Counted from the first letter of the stretch, positions 18,302-29,101 are shown. The stretch: DNA of 64,000 nt from Candidatus Elulimicrobiales bacterium (GCA_034927475.1 JAYFPW010000002.1:193606-257605), one strand, 5' to 3'. Translations and numbers: made by a program. The notes: generated from the sequence alone by a model not told the origin.

Positions 18302-19012
18302 TTAGTTTTGCCTTATTTTTTTAAGATTGGATACAAAATTTACCCCATCTAAATCTTTCATTAAATATGAACCGACTACAAATTTGTCAGCACCGGCTTT
18401 TTTAGCAAGAGAGATAGTATCTTTATTCATAGAACCATCAACTTGAATCGATAAATCTTTATAATTTAAACCTTTTCTAAAAAATCTTATTAACTCTAAA
18501 GCTTTTTCGCTAAATTCTTGTCCTTGTGAACCTATTTTATCAATACCCATAATTTGTAAATCAACATCTTCATATTTGTATAATATGGATAAAACTTCTT
18601 CCCTATTTTTGTCTAAAAAATTTATCTTTGCTGTGACAAAGATTTTAATAAAATCTTTTTTTGCCTTATTTAAAATCTTTTCTAAATCTTTAGAAAATAA
18701 AATTTCTTCTAAATGTATCACAAGACTTTTCGGTTGGAATGATTCGAGTTCTAAAAAGAATTTCATTTGATCTTCACACATTAAATGGTAACCAATATTG
18801 AAATATTTTCGAAAAGAATTTAAAATTTTTATTTCTTCTTTATTAAAAGAATTTGGCAACCAAGTTTTATTTTCTACAAATTTACCGTCACATAAATCTA
18901 TTTGTACAGCTTTAAAATCAATTCTATATTTATCTTCTATGGAAGCTAAAAATTCTAATTTATTCTTGATTTCTTCAAAATCTTTTTCTAAAATTGCGGG
19001 AACTATTTCCAT
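18302..19012 (-). CDS. rpe: ribulose-phosphate 3-epimerase-like
   Basis: MEIVPAILEKDF...IDLCDGKFV and C-terminal GADKFVVGS. Confidence 0.55.
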   Translation of the reverse strand: MEIVPAILEKDFEEIKNKLEFLASIEDKYRIDFKAVQIDLCDGKFVENKTWLPNSFNKEEIKILNSFRKYFNIGYHLMCEDQMKFFLELESFQPKSLVIHLEEILFSKDLEKILNKAKKDFIKIFVTAKINFLDKNREEVLSILYKYEDVDLQIMGIDKIGSQGQEFSEKALELIRFFRKGLNYKDLSIQVDGSMNKDTISLAKKAGADKFVVGSYLMKDLDGVNFVSNLKKIRQN

Positions 19013-19014
19013 AA

Positions 19015-19623
19015 TTAATTATCAGAAGCTTCACTTCTTATTGATTCCAACATTTGTAATTCTTCTAATTCTCTTTTAGTTATTTTTGTATCTATGTTTT
19101 CTTCCAAATCTTCTATTTGTTCTACTCTACGTTCATGTCTAGTTACAGTTTCTTTATCAGCTTCATCAAACTTAGTAAGAATAAAAGTTCTTACAGCTTC
19201 TTTTACAAATTCTTCTCCTACAAATCTTGCTCCAAAAGAAATAATATTAGCATTATTATGTTCTCTTAAAAGCTTTACCAATTCTAGATTTTCACTATTT
19301 ATAACTCCAGCTCGAATGCCTTTGTATTTTCCAGCGACAATGGCTTCACCTTCTCCAGAGCCTCCAAATACAATACCAAATCCATTTTTTTTACCAGTAT
19401 AAATGTCCGCTGAAAGAGCTCCGGCACAAGCTGAAATATATTTTGGATAATCATCATTTTCATCATAAGTGTAAGCCCCAAAATCTACTATGTCAACATT
19501 TGAAATAAGTTGTCCACCCTTCTCTAATTCTTTTTGGATTTCATCTTTTTCAATTTCCAAAAATAGCTTTACAGCTTCTTTCATTTCAAATCCAGCATGG
19601 TCTGTTGCTAAATATATTTTCAT
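19015..19623 (-). CDS. rpiB: ribose-5-phosphate isomerase B
   Basis: MKIYLATDHAGFEMK...GIVFGGSGEGEAI...FGARF; acidic C-terminal extension. Confidence 0.85.
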   Translation of the reverse strand: MKIYLATDHAGFEMKEAVKLFLEIEKDEIQKELEKGGQLISNVDIVDFGAYTYDENDDYPKYISACAGALSADIYTGKKNGFGIVFGGSGEGEAIVAGKYKGIRAGVINSENLELVKLLREHNNANIISFGARFVGEEFVKEAVRTFILTKFDEADKETVTRHERRVEQIEDLEENIDTKITKRELEELQMLESIRSEASDN

Positions 19624-19691
19624 ATTCTTATTATACTATAAAATAAAACCCTATTTTATTGATAAGGTTTTATTTTATTTAAAATTATAAA

Positions 19692-21983
19692 TTAAATTTC
19701 ACAAGCTCCAGAAACACAAGCGAATTCTCTTGCGCCAGTGGTATTATCCACAAACTCATATTGGGAAAGTTTTGAAAAATCTATTTTACCGATAGCTTTA
19801 AGTCTTTTTTCATACTCTTCTTTAGTAATTTCTTCATAAGGAGCTAATTGATAAACATGATCTGTGCGAGGTAAAAATGTTAAACCTCCAACGAGATCCC
19901 AATTTTCATAAACAAAATTTCCAACCCCAATCCATTCTTCTGGGCCGACATAAATCGTCGCTGAAGGATTATGTTCTACAAAATGTTGTTTTAATCGTTT
20001 CCACTCTTTTAATAAATCTAACGCTGAAATATCTTCTTTAAAGATGGCTCCAGTAGGTGCTTTGACGGGAAACTCTAAAACAAAAGTTGTAGCATTAGTG
20101 GCAGACTGTCCAACTTCAGGAACACATGGCACACCTTGATCTCTAGCCATCTGTAATAATGGGTCCGTATTAGAAATGCGAACTCTACGAACAAAGTATG
20201 GCGCATACCAAGGATGCATTCCAGAACCGACACCTAATAACTGACTTGAATTGCCATGTGGTTTAACACAAGTGATAGCTGTAGACGGATTGATTTTAAA
20301 ACGCTTTGCAAATTTTTTATTAGTTTCAATTCCAACATTTCTTAAACTCTCTAAATTAGTATCATTACGAATAAGTTTATTATCATAATATCCAGTTAAA
20401 GAAACTCCTAAAAGTCTTTCTTCTTCACAATTTACTTTCCATTTTTTAGAAAGATAACCAAAATTTGTAAGTGTAGATTGATAGGTTCCAAGAATGGTAG
20501 CTATTTCCATTTTTCTACTGAGAGTTTTCATGGTGTCTTGTGGGCGAATCACAATACTAGTTAAATTACAAAATTGTTTTGATTTAAGGTAAATTTCTCC
20601 ACAAGGATTTAAACCAATTTGTTTTTCATTCTTTATAAATTCCCAACGGCGAGCTGGGACCTGTTTTTCTAAACCCCCACGATTGAAAAGTCCCCTTTCT
20701 CCAGATTTTGATTTCACTAAAGCTGTCCATTCTTCTAAGAATTCTTCAGCGCTAGGTTTTTCATTGAAAACAACAGAATTGTTCGCCATAGTTCTTTGAG
20801 ATTCAGTTAAATAAAACTGTCCCTTTTTTGCATCTCTCATTTCCAAATCATCTAATTCTGAAAGTGAAATCAGTGCACTTCGACGGACTCCACCAGCGAC
20901 AACAATTAAACCAATTTTACAAACAATATCGTGTAAGTCTAAATTTGATAAACGACGACCCTGTTTTGCTAAGATTTTTCGTCTTGAAAAATCCATAAGC
21001 TCAATTAACGGTTGAGGTCCGGAAGCTCTTCCTCCAGCCGTCTCTAAACGGGCTCCAGTTGGTCTAATTTGAGAGTAATCGAACTTTACATCTTTTCCAT
21101 TAAACCATGCTTCTAACCCGAAAATAAACGCATCTGCCCATCCTTCCTTGCTGTCTTCCACAATATAATTTACCGGCTTCTCCTTAAGCTGTTTTTTAAT
21201 TTGCGGAAATTGTTGTACATTTTCAGATTCTACCGAAAAACCAAGCCCGGCTCCACACATAGAAATATACATAATTTCTCCTAAATCTTGTGGGCAAGTT
21301 GGGGTGATGTAAGAGCAGTTATAAGCCCAAACATTTGAATTTCTACAAGCTTTTCCAGCAGACCAAAGAAGTCTCATTGAAGGACAAACATCTTGATTTA
21401 AAATAGCTTTGTAAACATCATCATATTCTTTCTTTGTTAACTTGTTTTCCAGATTTTCTCTCATGTAATCCATAAAACGATTCACAGTTTCTATCCAAGT
21501 TTCGCGACGTCCAAGATCTGGCATCCATCTTGAGTAAAATTGATAGAAAATAAATTCAGAATAAGGACTGGAAAAGAATTTACTACTTTCTTCAACTGCT
21601 TTTTTAGTAGCTTTAGATATTGGTTTTAAAGCGCGCATTTCTGAGCGATGACTTCGATAAAGAATGTATCTTTTTGCTGTGTCGGTAAAATTAGATTTCA
21701 TTAGTTCTTTTTCTACCAAATCTTGTATCATCTCCACAGAAGGTAAAAATTTACTCTTTTTATCTTTTTTGGCTAGACCATCTTGTATATTAAGTAAATT
21801 TTTAAAAACATTGGCCGCAATAAATTCAGCCATAAGCTCTCCACCTTCTTTGGAAGCTTCAAAAGCTTTTAAAACTGCTCCGGTTATTTTATTAAGATCA
21901 AATGGTACGACCTCCCCTGTTCTTTTTCTAATAAATTTGATTTTTATCAAATCATTTTTTGGGATATTTTTCTTTTTTTCCAT
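19692..21983 (-). CDS. nrdJ: ribonucleotide reductase, class II (B12-dependent) type, with N-terminal ATP-cone
   Basis: ATP-cone IKIKFIRKRTGEVVPFDLNKI; active site NPCGEIYL...CNLTSI; C-terminal CVSGAC. Confidence 0.7.
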   Translation of the reverse strand: MEKKKNIPKNDLIKIKFIRKRTGEVVPFDLNKITGAVLKAFEASKEGGELMAEFIAANVFKNLLNIQDGLAKKDKKSKFLPSVEMIQDLVEKELMKSNFTDTAKRYILYRSHRSEMRALKPISKATKKAVEESSKFFSSPYSEFIFYQFYSRWMPDLGRRETWIETVNRFMDYMRENLENKLTKKEYDDVYKAILNQDVCPSMRLLWSAGKACRNSNVWAYNCSYITPTCPQDLGEIMYISMCGAGLGFSVESENVQQFPQIKKQLKEKPVNYIVEDSKEGWADAFIFGLEAWFNGKDVKFDYSQIRPTGARLETAGGRASGPQPLIELMDFSRRKILAKQGRRLSNLDLHDIVCKIGLIVVAGGVRRSALISLSELDDLEMRDAKKGQFYLTESQRTMANNSVVFNEKPSAEEFLEEWTALVKSKSGERGLFNRGGLEKQVPARRWEFIKNEKQIGLNPCGEIYLKSKQFCNLTSIVIRPQDTMKTLSRKMEIATILGTYQSTLTNFGYLSKKWKVNCEEERLLGVSLTGYYDNKLIRNDTNLESLRNVGIETNKKFAKRFKINPSTAITCVKPHGNSSQLLGVGSGMHPWYAPYFVRRVRISNTDPLLQMARDQGVPCVPEVGQSATNATTFVLEFPVKAPTGAIFKEDISALDLLKEWKRLKQHFVEHNPSATIYVGPEEWIGVGNFVYENWDLVGGLTFLPRTDHVYQLAPYEEITKEEYEKRLKAIGKIDFSKLSQYEFVDNTTGAREFACVSGACEI

Positions 21984-22024
21984 ACTTTTACTATTTTTTA
22001 TTTAAATTATTAATTTTTTGTAAT

Positions 22025-22058
22025 ACAAAATAAAAAACCCAAAAGCACCCACTTGCTT
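22025..22058 (-). terminator. possible terminator/attenuator between gap and nrdJ
   Basis: AAGCA-agtggg-TGCTT followed by TTGGGTTTTTTATTTT on the minus strand; short stem. Confidence 0.3.
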
Positions 22059-22194
22059 TATAAGAAAATATTAACACATTAGACACTTGTATCATCAAGA
22101 AATTTGACAAGATTGTCTATCCGACATTTCTAGATAAAGAAAAACTTATCAACATATTTGACTTTAGGAAAAAATAATTATGAAATAGTAAATT

Positions 22195-23271
22195 TTAAAG
22201 AATTTTTGCAACTTTTACAGTGTGTTCAATTAAAGTATTTGCGTATCCAACCTCATTATCGTACCAAATAAGAATTTTTACTAGATTTCCATCAACAACT
22301 TTAGTCATTTGTAAATCTACAATACCTGCGTAACGTAATCCTAAAATATCGCTTGAGACTAAATCCTCATCACTTACTGCCAAAAGGTTTTTCCATCTTT
22401 CTTCTTTACTGGCATTGGTTAAAATTCTATTTATCTCTTCAGTACTTGTATTTCTTTTAGAGATAAAAGTTATATCTGCAATACTTCCGGAAATTGTTGG
22501 TACACGAATAGAAAGCCCATCAAATAAACCCTCTAATTTTGGATAGGCTTTAGTGAAAGCAATAGCTGCTCCTGTAGTAGACGGTATAATATTTTGCGCT
22601 GCAGCCCTTCCTTCTCTATAACCTTTTTTACTAGAGCCATCAATTAAAGCTTGTGAAGCTGTATAAGAGTGAACTGTATTTAAAATTGCTTTCTCAATAC
22701 CTATAGCTTCATCCAAAATAGCTATAGCTGGAGAACCGGCATTTGTAGTACAAGAAGCATTGCTAGTTATAACAGAATCTTTTAGTTTTTCTTCATTTAT
22801 TCCCATAAGCACCGTATCACTTTTTCTCATGCTGTTTTTTAAATCTTTTGCTGGGGCAGACAAAATAACTCTTTTTGCTCCAGATTCGATATGAAAGTGT
22901 GATTTATCTGCGCTCACAAAAGCTCCAGTACATTCAACGACGATTTCTACACCTAGAGAATTCCAAATTTTGTCTTGTATAAAAATATTTGGGTCTTTTT
23001 CACTTAAAAACCTAATCTCTTTTTTATTTCCATTTGGTAAAACTAAAACTAAATACTTTTCTTTTTCATTAATAATTTTAGCTTCTATATTTCTAAAACT
23101 TTTTTGCCTGTAAACAGTATCGTAATTTAGGAGATAAATCATATTATCCAAATCCCCCAAATCGTTAATAGCGACAATATCTATTTCTTTTAAAGCTTTT
23201 TCATCCATTAAAGCAAGCTTTAAAAAAGCTCTACCTATTCTACCAAAACCATTAATTGCGATTTTCCTCAT
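22195..23271 (-). CDS. gap: glyceraldehyde-3-phosphate dehydrogenase (type I)
   Basis: INGFGRIGR, SNASCTTN, WYDNEVGY. Confidence 0.9.
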   Translation of the reverse strand: MRKIAINGFGRIGRAFLKLALMDEKALKEIDIVAINDLGDLDNMIYLLNYDTVYRQKSFRNIEAKIINEKEKYLVLVLPNGNKKEIRFLSEKDPNIFIQDKIWNSLGVEIVVECTGAFVSADKSHFHIESGAKRVILSAPAKDLKNSMRKSDTVLMGINEEKLKDSVITSNASCTTNAGSPAIAILDEAIGIEKAILNTVHSYTASQALIDGSSKKGYREGRAAAQNIIPSTTGAAIAFTKAYPKLEGLFDGLSIRVPTISGSIADITFISKRNTSTEEINRILTNASKEERWKNLLAVSDEDLVSSDILGLRYAGIVDLQMTKVVDGNLVKILIWYDNEVGYANTLIEHTVKVAKIL

Positions 23272-23311
23272 AAGAAAATTATATCACAATAAAACTTTGA
23301 AATATTGGAAA

Positions 23312-24379
23312 TTATTCTAAAGGATCTTCTGCTAATGGAATTTTAGAAATAATTATAGAAGTATTTTTTCCTTCTTCGCTTTGAATAGAGAAATGCCAAT
23401 TATTTGCGTGAACTATACCTTTAACTATAGATAAACCTATTCCAGTACCAGAAAACTCTTCTTCAACATTTTTTCCCCTGTAAAATCTTTCGCTAATTTT
23501 TGGTAGTTCTTCTTTTTTAATTCCAATACCCGTATCAAAGACTTCTATTTTTAAATATTTTTTACCTAAATTTTTGTACTTGGAAAGAGAAATTTTAACT
23601 TCACCGGATTCTGTGTATTTAAAACTATTTGAAATTAGATTGTTGAAAATTCTCTTCAGGTGTGTCGGGCTGGCTTTGATGTGTTTATGAAGTTTTAACT
23701 CATTATCTATATGAAAAACCACATTTTCATTTTTATTATTTTCTAAAGTTTCGTAAGATTTTTGAATCAAATCAAGAATTTCTCCCACAGTAACATCTTC
23801 TGGTTTATTTTCTATATATTTTATTCTGGCTTCAAACAGCAAATCATCAATTAATGTTGTCATACCAGAAATCTCTTTTAAAATAATATTTGCCCCACCT
23901 TTAACGTCTGACAATAATTTTTTATCATTTTCATTTTTTTCTTCTTTTTCAGCTTTTTCTATTTTACTAGACATAATCTCTGCTCTCATATTCATAACCG
24001 ATAAAGGAGTTCTTAGTTCATGGGAAAGATTTGAAGCAAACTTTTTTTGGAGATTGGTCGTATATTCTATTGGCTCTAACATTTTTTTCACCAACCTATC
24101 AAATAAAATAATACTCACTATAAAAATTATAATATCAGAAACTATTAACAAAAATATTGTTTGGTCTCTCAAGTTTTGAAAAAGTTCATCCGCATTTATA
24201 TAATAAGAAATCTGTTCACTTTTAAAGACAGGAGAAATTTGATAAATAATATCTTGAGTTAAAAGACTATAAACTACAAAAGAGAAAGATCCTAAAATAA
24301 TAAATACAAAGATTGAAGCTATAAGATCTAGCTTTAATCTAGTTGAAGTAAAAAGATTTTGTTTAGAATTTTTTCTCAT
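23312..24379 (-). CDS. sensor histidine kinase
   Basis: 2 TM; H-box NLSHELRTPLS; HATPase G-boxes. Confidence 0.85.
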   Translation of the reverse strand: MRKNSKQNLFTSTRLKLDLIASIFVFIILGSFSFVVYSLLTQDIIYQISPVFKSEQISYYINADELFQNLRDQTIFLLIVSDIIIFIVSIILFDRLVKKMLEPIEYTTNLQKKFASNLSHELRTPLSVMNMRAEIMSSKIEKAEKEEKNENDKKLLSDVKGGANIILKEISGMTTLIDDLLFEARIKYIENKPEDVTVGEILDLIQKSYETLENNKNENVVFHIDNELKLHKHIKASPTHLKRIFNNLISNSFKYTESGEVKISLSKYKNLGKKYLKIEVFDTGIGIKKEELPKISERFYRGKNVEEEFSGTGIGLSIVKGIVHANNWHFSIQSEEGKNTSIIISKIPLAEDPLE

Positions 24380-24380
24380 T

Positions 24381-25139
24381 TTAATTAAAGACTAATTTAT
24401 ACCCAACACCACGAACAGTCTCTACCTTTCCAGAGAAATTATTTTTAATAAGTTTATTGCGCAAATTATGTACATGCACATCCACAAAACGGCTACTTGG
24501 AGTTTCAGATTCTTTCCAAATTTTTTCTAAAATATTTTCTTTACTTACAGCTCCACCATTTTCCTCTAATAATATTTCAAATATATCAGCCTCTTTATTT
24601 GTAAGAGAAATTGTTTTTTCTTTACCTTCTTCTTTCTCAATTACAATTTCTCCAGTATTTGCATTAAAAGTAAATCTGGAGTCTTTATCAGCATGAAAGA
24701 CTTCTTTTTTGACAGTTGTACCTACAATATGAGTATTTGCGTTTTTAACTGGATTATTTTTTTGCAAATTTCTCCTATAAAGAGAATGAATTCTGGCTGT
24801 GAGCTCTTTTACGTTAAATGGTTTTACCATATAATCATCTGCTCCTGCAGCTAAGCCGAAAACTTTATCATCAACAGTATCTTTAGCTGTCAAAATAATT
24901 ATCCCGCTTTCTATTCCAAGATTTTTTATTTCTCTTAAAGTTTCAATTCCGTCTTTCATCGGCATCATTCTGTCCAAAATAATTACATCAAATTCTTCTC
25001 CTTCTTTTTGTAAATCTTTAACTTTAGAAAGAGCCTGAACGCCATTAAAAGCCACTTCCACATTAAAACCCTCTTCTTCTAAATAAAGTTGTATTCCTTC
25101 GTTTAATTTTACACTGTCTTCTACGACTAGTATTTTCAT
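24381..25139 (-). CDS. OmpR-family response regulator
   Basis: REC domain (VVEDS...ILDRMMP...TAKD) plus winged-helix TVRGVGYKL. Confidence 0.9.
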   Translation of the reverse strand: MKILVVEDSVKLNEGIQLYLEEEGFNVEVAFNGVQALSKVKDLQKEGEEFDVIILDRMMPMKDGIETLREIKNLGIESGIIILTAKDTVDDKVFGLAAGADDYMVKPFNVKELTARIHSLYRRNLQKNNPVKNANTHIVGTTVKKEVFHADKDSRFTFNANTGEIVIEKEEGKEKTISLTNKEADIFEILLEENGGAVSKENILEKIWKESETPSSRFVDVHVHNLRNKLIKNNFSGKVETVRGVGYKLVFN

Positions 25140-25164
25140 ATAAAAGAATTATAGCAAATGTTAA

Positions 25165-25200
25165 GAAAACAGAAAAACCCGAAAATTAACAATTTCCGGG
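25165..25200 (-). terminator. terminator
   Basis: ACCCGGAAA...TTTCGGGT hairpin (one bulge) plus T-run. Confidence 0.5.
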
Positions 25201-25209
25201 TCTTTTAAT

Positions 25210-25416
25210 TTAATTCTTTTTAAAAGTCTCTATTAATCCCTTTACGAGTCTAGTATCCTCCTCATTAAGGATTCCATACTCTCGAGACAACTTTTCAAAC
25301 CTTTCTTTTTCTTCAAGTGAAAGATAGTCAGCTTCATATAATGGCCACATCTCTTCATCGATTTCTCTTCTTCTTTTCTCTAAAGCCTCTCTTTTTTTCA
25401 TAATTTCCTCGTAAGT
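25210..25416 (-). CDS. small coiled-coil protein, unknown
   Basis: Charged heptad-rich 68 aa, taken from MTYEEIMKK. Confidence 0.4.
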   Translation of the reverse strand, partial: TYEEIMKKREALEKRRREIDEEMWPLYEADYLSLEEKERFEKLSREYGILNEEDTRLVKGLIETFKKN

Positions 25417-25487
25417 CATTTCTTGAAATTTTAAAATTGTAAATACTAACACTAGGATAACAAATATTTTTAATTTGTCAAATATAT

Positions 25488-26462
25488 CTAATCTTCGTCG
25501 TCTGTTCCAAATTCTCCTTTAAAATTTTGAAGCGCTTCTACGATAACCCCCATTTCTCCAGACATAATTTTGGAAATTCCATGCCAAGATTCTTTGATTC
25601 TATGATCTGTAATTCTATCTTGTGGAAAATTATAGGTTCTAATTTTTTCACTTCTATCCCCTGTTCCCACTTGCTCTCTTTTAGCATCACTATTTTCTCT
25701 TGAGAATTTTTCTTCTTCCATTTGATCTAGTCTGGCTTGAAGCATTTCCATTGCTCTTTCTCTATTTTTAAGCTGACTTCTTTCTACAGTACATTTAACA
25801 GCGATACCAGTTGGTTTATGAATAAGTCTAACAGCAGTTTCAACTTTATTTACATTTTGTCCTCCAGCTCCACCACTTCTAGAAGTTTCCATTTCTATAT
25901 CAGCTGGATTAATTGTAATTTTTTTAATTTTACGAATTGGCATAACTGCGACAGTCACAGTTGAAGTATGTACTCTTCCATTTTTTTCTGTATCCGGAAC
26001 TCTTTGTACTCTATGCACTCCCATTTCATATTTAAAATTATCCCAAGCACTACCTCCTTTTATTTCAAAAGACACATCTTTGTATCCACCAACATCTGAA
26101 ACAGATTCATCTAATTTTTCAAATGAACATCTATTATTCAAAGCAAAGTTTTGATACATATTTGCGAGTTCTGCTGCAAATAAAGAAGACTCATCCCCGC
26201 CAGCTCCAGCAGCAATTTCCAAAATCATAGACTTTGGTTTCTCTTCTTCCTCTTTATCTTTATCTAAAATCTCTGTCATTTCTTTCCAAAGTTTTTCTTT
26301 TTCTACTTCAATATTTTTTAATTCTTCTTCAGCGATTTCTTTCATCTCTAAATCAGACAATAAAGAATTAGCCCCTTCTTCTTTTTTTAAGAGATCTTCA
26401 TAAGACGGAAAAATATATTTAGTCTTTTCATTTTCTTTAAAATCTTCTGCTGAATATGTCAT
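25488..26462 (-). CDS. prfA: peptide chain release factor 1
   Basis: GGQ motif [11 protein letters not shown]; RF1-type RVQRVPDTE(PxT)GRVHTS. Confidence 0.85.
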   Translation of the reverse strand: MTYSAEDFKENEKTKYIFPSYEDLLKKEEGANSLLSDLEMKEIAEEELKNIEVEKEKLWKEMTEILDKDKEEEEKPKSMILEIAAGAGGDESSLFAAELANMYQNFALNNRCSFEKLDESVSDVGGYKDVSFEIKGGSAWDNFKYEMGVHRVQRVPDTEKNGRVHTSTVTVAVMPIRKIKKITINPADIEMETSRSGGAGGQNVNKVETAVRLIHKPTGIAVKCTVERSQLKNRERAMEMLQARLDQMEEEKFSRENSDAKREQVGTGDRSEKIRTYNFPQDRITDHRIKESWHGISKIMSGEMGVIVEALQNFKGEFGTDDED

Positions 26463-26539
26463 AGTTTTATCTTTTAATTATATCTTAATATACAAAATAA
26501 AAACACCCGCTAAAATAACGAATGTTTTTATCAAAAAAG

Positions 26540-26773
26540 TTAAGCTTTTTTAGAAGTAGCTTTCTTAGCTGAAGCGGCTGCAACTTTTTTCTTAAATCTA
26601 TCAACTCTTCCGGCTGTGTCCAAAACTTTTTCTTGTCCAGTATAAAAAGGATGACAAGCAGAGCAGATTTCAATTTCTTGTTCTTTTTGTGTAGACCCAA
26701 CAATATACTTTGCACCACAAGCGCAAGTAATTACAGCGTCATCAAAATATTCTCCATGAATGTCTTTTTTCAT
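26540..26773 (-). CDS. rpmE: 50S ribosomal protein L31 (Zn-ribbon type)
   Basis: MKKDIHGEY...CACG...CSACHPFYTGQEKVLDTAGRVDRF. Confidence 0.9.
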   Translation of the reverse strand: MKKDIHGEYFDDAVITCACGAKYIVGSTQKEQEIEICSACHPFYTGQEKVLDTAGRVDRFKKKVAAASAKKATSKKA

Positions 26774-26828
26774 AATTTTAGTATTTCGTAAGTCCTCAAA
26801 TATTATCACAAAATCAAGGATAAATCAA

Positions 26829-27947
26829 CTATATCCTAAACTCTATAACATCTCCATCTTTAACTATATACTCTTTTCCTTCGGTACGAACCAGACCCTT
26901 CTCACGAGCGACTTTATAGCCATTGGATTCTAGCAAATCTTTACTAGCGACAACTTCGGCGCGAATAAATTTATTTTGAAAATCTGTATGAATCGCTGCT
27001 GCTGCAACTGGGGCAGTAGAGCCTTTTTTAAAAGTCCAACCACGTGTCTCATCTTCCCCTGTTGTAAAATAGGTTTCTAGTCCAAGCATTTTATAACTTT
27101 CAGAAATTAAATTATGAATTCCATCATCACAAATTCCGCCACCTGAAATTTCTTGCCTCATCACCTCTTTCTCTTCTCCTTCAAAATCTTTCAAATCATC
27201 TTCCACTTTGGCATCTATTAAACAATAATTATAATCATTTTCTTTAAAATAGTTAAGAAGCTCTTCCCAACGAGAATCTTTTATTTCGTCTAAATTTTTA
27301 GCACCGCATTTTTTATTTAATCCATAAAGAATTGGCTTCATGGTAATAAGATGTAATTCTTTAATTAATTTCATCTCTTCTTCATCTAAAGCTTTTTCTG
27401 AAATTAACCTATTAGCCAATTTATCTTCTTCTAAATATTTTTTCACTTTTAATATGGCGCCTTTAAATTTTATAGCTTCTTTGTCGCCTTTTTTCACATC
27501 TCTTTCAATAGTTTCTAATCTTTTATTTACTGTCGCTAAATCAGCTAAAATTAATTCCAAATTAATTATTTGAATATCTAAAAGTGGATCGATTCTATTT
27601 TCTACGTGAATTTGTTTATCGTCTTCAAAAATTCGAACTACTTCCAAAATCGCATCTGTGTCACGAATATGTTGCAAAAATTTATTTCCAAGTCCAGCAC
27701 CTTCACTAGCTCCTTTTACAAGTCCAGCGATATCTACAAATTCTACTACTGCTGGAATAGTTTTTTTAGACTTACTCATTGCTGAAAGTTTGTAAAGTCT
27801 ATTATCACTAACTTCTACAATTCCAACAGATGGATCAATGGTACAAAATGGATAGTTTTCAGCAGGCACACTATTTTTTGTGAGCGCGTTAAAAAGTGTA
27901 CTTTTACCAACATTTGGTAATCCAACTATTCCGATACTTAGTGACAT
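26829..27947 (-). CDS. ychF: ribosome-binding ATPase YchF
   Basis: GIVGLPNVGKSTLFNALT, C-terminal TGS domain. Confidence 0.9.
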   Translation of the reverse strand: MSLSIGIVGLPNVGKSTLFNALTKNSVPAENYPFCTIDPSVGIVEVSDNRLYKLSAMSKSKKTIPAVVEFVDIAGLVKGASEGAGLGNKFLQHIRDTDAILEVVRIFEDDKQIHVENRIDPLLDIQIINLELILADLATVNKRLETIERDVKKGDKEAIKFKGAILKVKKYLEEDKLANRLISEKALDEEEMKLIKELHLITMKPILYGLNKKCGAKNLDEIKDSRWEELLNYFKENDYNYCLIDAKVEDDLKDFEGEEKEVMRQEISGGGICDDGIHNLISESYKMLGLETYFTTGEDETRGWTFKKGSTAPVAAAAIHTDFQNKFIRAEVVASKDLLESNGYKVAREKGLVRTEGKEYIVKDGDVIEFRI

Positions 27948-28030
27948 AATTTTGTATGATTAAAAAGAAATTGTTTTTTTGAAGTTTCGCTTGCGGGGCT
28001 CACGAGAAAAAATAATTTCTTTTGAAATAT

Positions 28031-28288
28031 TTATCTCTGAACTGTTTTTTGAACACCAGCTTTAGCAGCTGCTTCCTGAAGCTCGTTCTGATATTTTTTC
28101 ATCACTTCAAAAGAAGCGTACATTTCTGGTTTGCCTTGTTTTACTAACTCTTTAGTTTCTTTAGCTATCTTCTCAAAAAGCTCTGGATCTTGTTCTACAA
28201 GACTGTTAATCATTTCTTTTTGGTCTTCTGGTAATTTACGAGTTGCGTATTTTGTTGCTTGTTTTGTAAAAAATTGTTTAATTCCCAT
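28031..28288 (-). CDS. hypothetical 85-aa protein
   Basis: ORF only. Confidence 0.4.
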   Translation of the reverse strand: MGIKQFFTKQATKYATRKLPEDQKEMINSLVEQDPELFEKIAKETKELVKQGKPEMYASFEVMKKYQNELQEAAAKAGVQKTVQR

Positions 28289-28384
28289 ATATTTTTTATC
28301 TATTATACAAAATAAAAACCGTTTTGAAAATCTATCTAAAAAATAGAATATTACGGCTTTTAGTTGATTTATTTTTTTATTTTA

Positions 28385-29101
28385 CTAATTAATTGGAGAC
28401 ACATTTAATCTTTCTAGTTCCTGTTCTATTCTGTTCTGAATATCTTCTGCAGAAAGGCTCAAATTTGTCATTTCTAGACCGTTCATAAAGACAAATGGTG
28501 TGTGAGTTAATCCAAGCTTTTTAGCTTCTGTAAGTGAATCGTTCACTATTTTTTGCACTTCACCACTATCTCTGTCAGAGATAAATTTCGCCATATCTAA
28601 ACCAATATCTCTAGCATAGCCTTCAATCTTACTTTTAGCATCTAAAACATTTCCCCAGTCACTTTGTTTTTCAAATAAAATATCATGCATTTCCCAAAAC
28701 TTTCCCTGATTACCAGCAGCTTCGGCTGAATATCCAGCAAGTAAAGCGTTTGGATGAATAGAGGTTAGAGGAAAATATTTATAAACTAAAGATAAAGATG
28801 TTGGTCCATATTTTTCTATAATATTTTTATATACTTCTGGAAAAACTATACCGAAACCAGCACAAGCTGGACATTGGAAATCTGAATAAGCTACAATTTT
28901 AACTTTTGAATCTGGGTCACCCATTGTTGTTTGATTATTTGCTACCTTATCCACAACCTCAGTATTATTTTTGTTCTTTTGACTAATAAAATAGTTTAGT
29001 CCAAAAAGGATAACAATTATTGCTAAAATACTTCCGATAACAACAACTGCATTATTTTTCTTTTTTCCACCTTTGGAAGAATGTGTGATTACATTTGACA
29101 T
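28385..29101 (-). CDS. DsbA-family thiol:disulfide oxidoreductase, membrane-anchored (second paralogue)
   Basis: N-terminal TM, FQCPAC active site, C-terminal THTPFVFMNG. Confidence 0.85.
   Translation of the reverse strand: MSNVITHSSKGGKKKNNAVVVIGSILAIIVILFGLNYFISQKNKNNTEVVDKVANNQTTMGDPDSKVKIVAYSDFQCPACAGFGIVFPEVYKNIIEKYGPTSLSLVYKYFPLTSIHPNALLAGYSAEAAGNQGKFWEMHDILFEKQSDWGNVLDAKSKIEGYARDIGLDMAKFISDRDSGEVQKIVNDSLTEAKKLGLTHTPFVFMNGLEMTNLSLSAEDIQNRIEQELERLNVSPIN

Noticed and set aside
22006-22194. NrdR operator or B12 riboswitch upstream of the RNR gene
   Set aside because: Only loose ACAA/TTGT palindromes are present. There is no match to the 16-bp NrdR box consensus and no B12-box.
25488-26462. 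Programmed +1 frameshift (prfB-like) in the release-factor gene
   Set aside because: The protein carries the RF1 PxT-type motif and is a continuous ORF, and RF1 genes do not use the prfB frameshift.
26485-26718. 77-aa ORF overlapping rpmE in another frame
   Set aside because: The rpmE frame has the conserved L31 Zn-ribbon, and the overlapping frame is K/L-rich low complexity.
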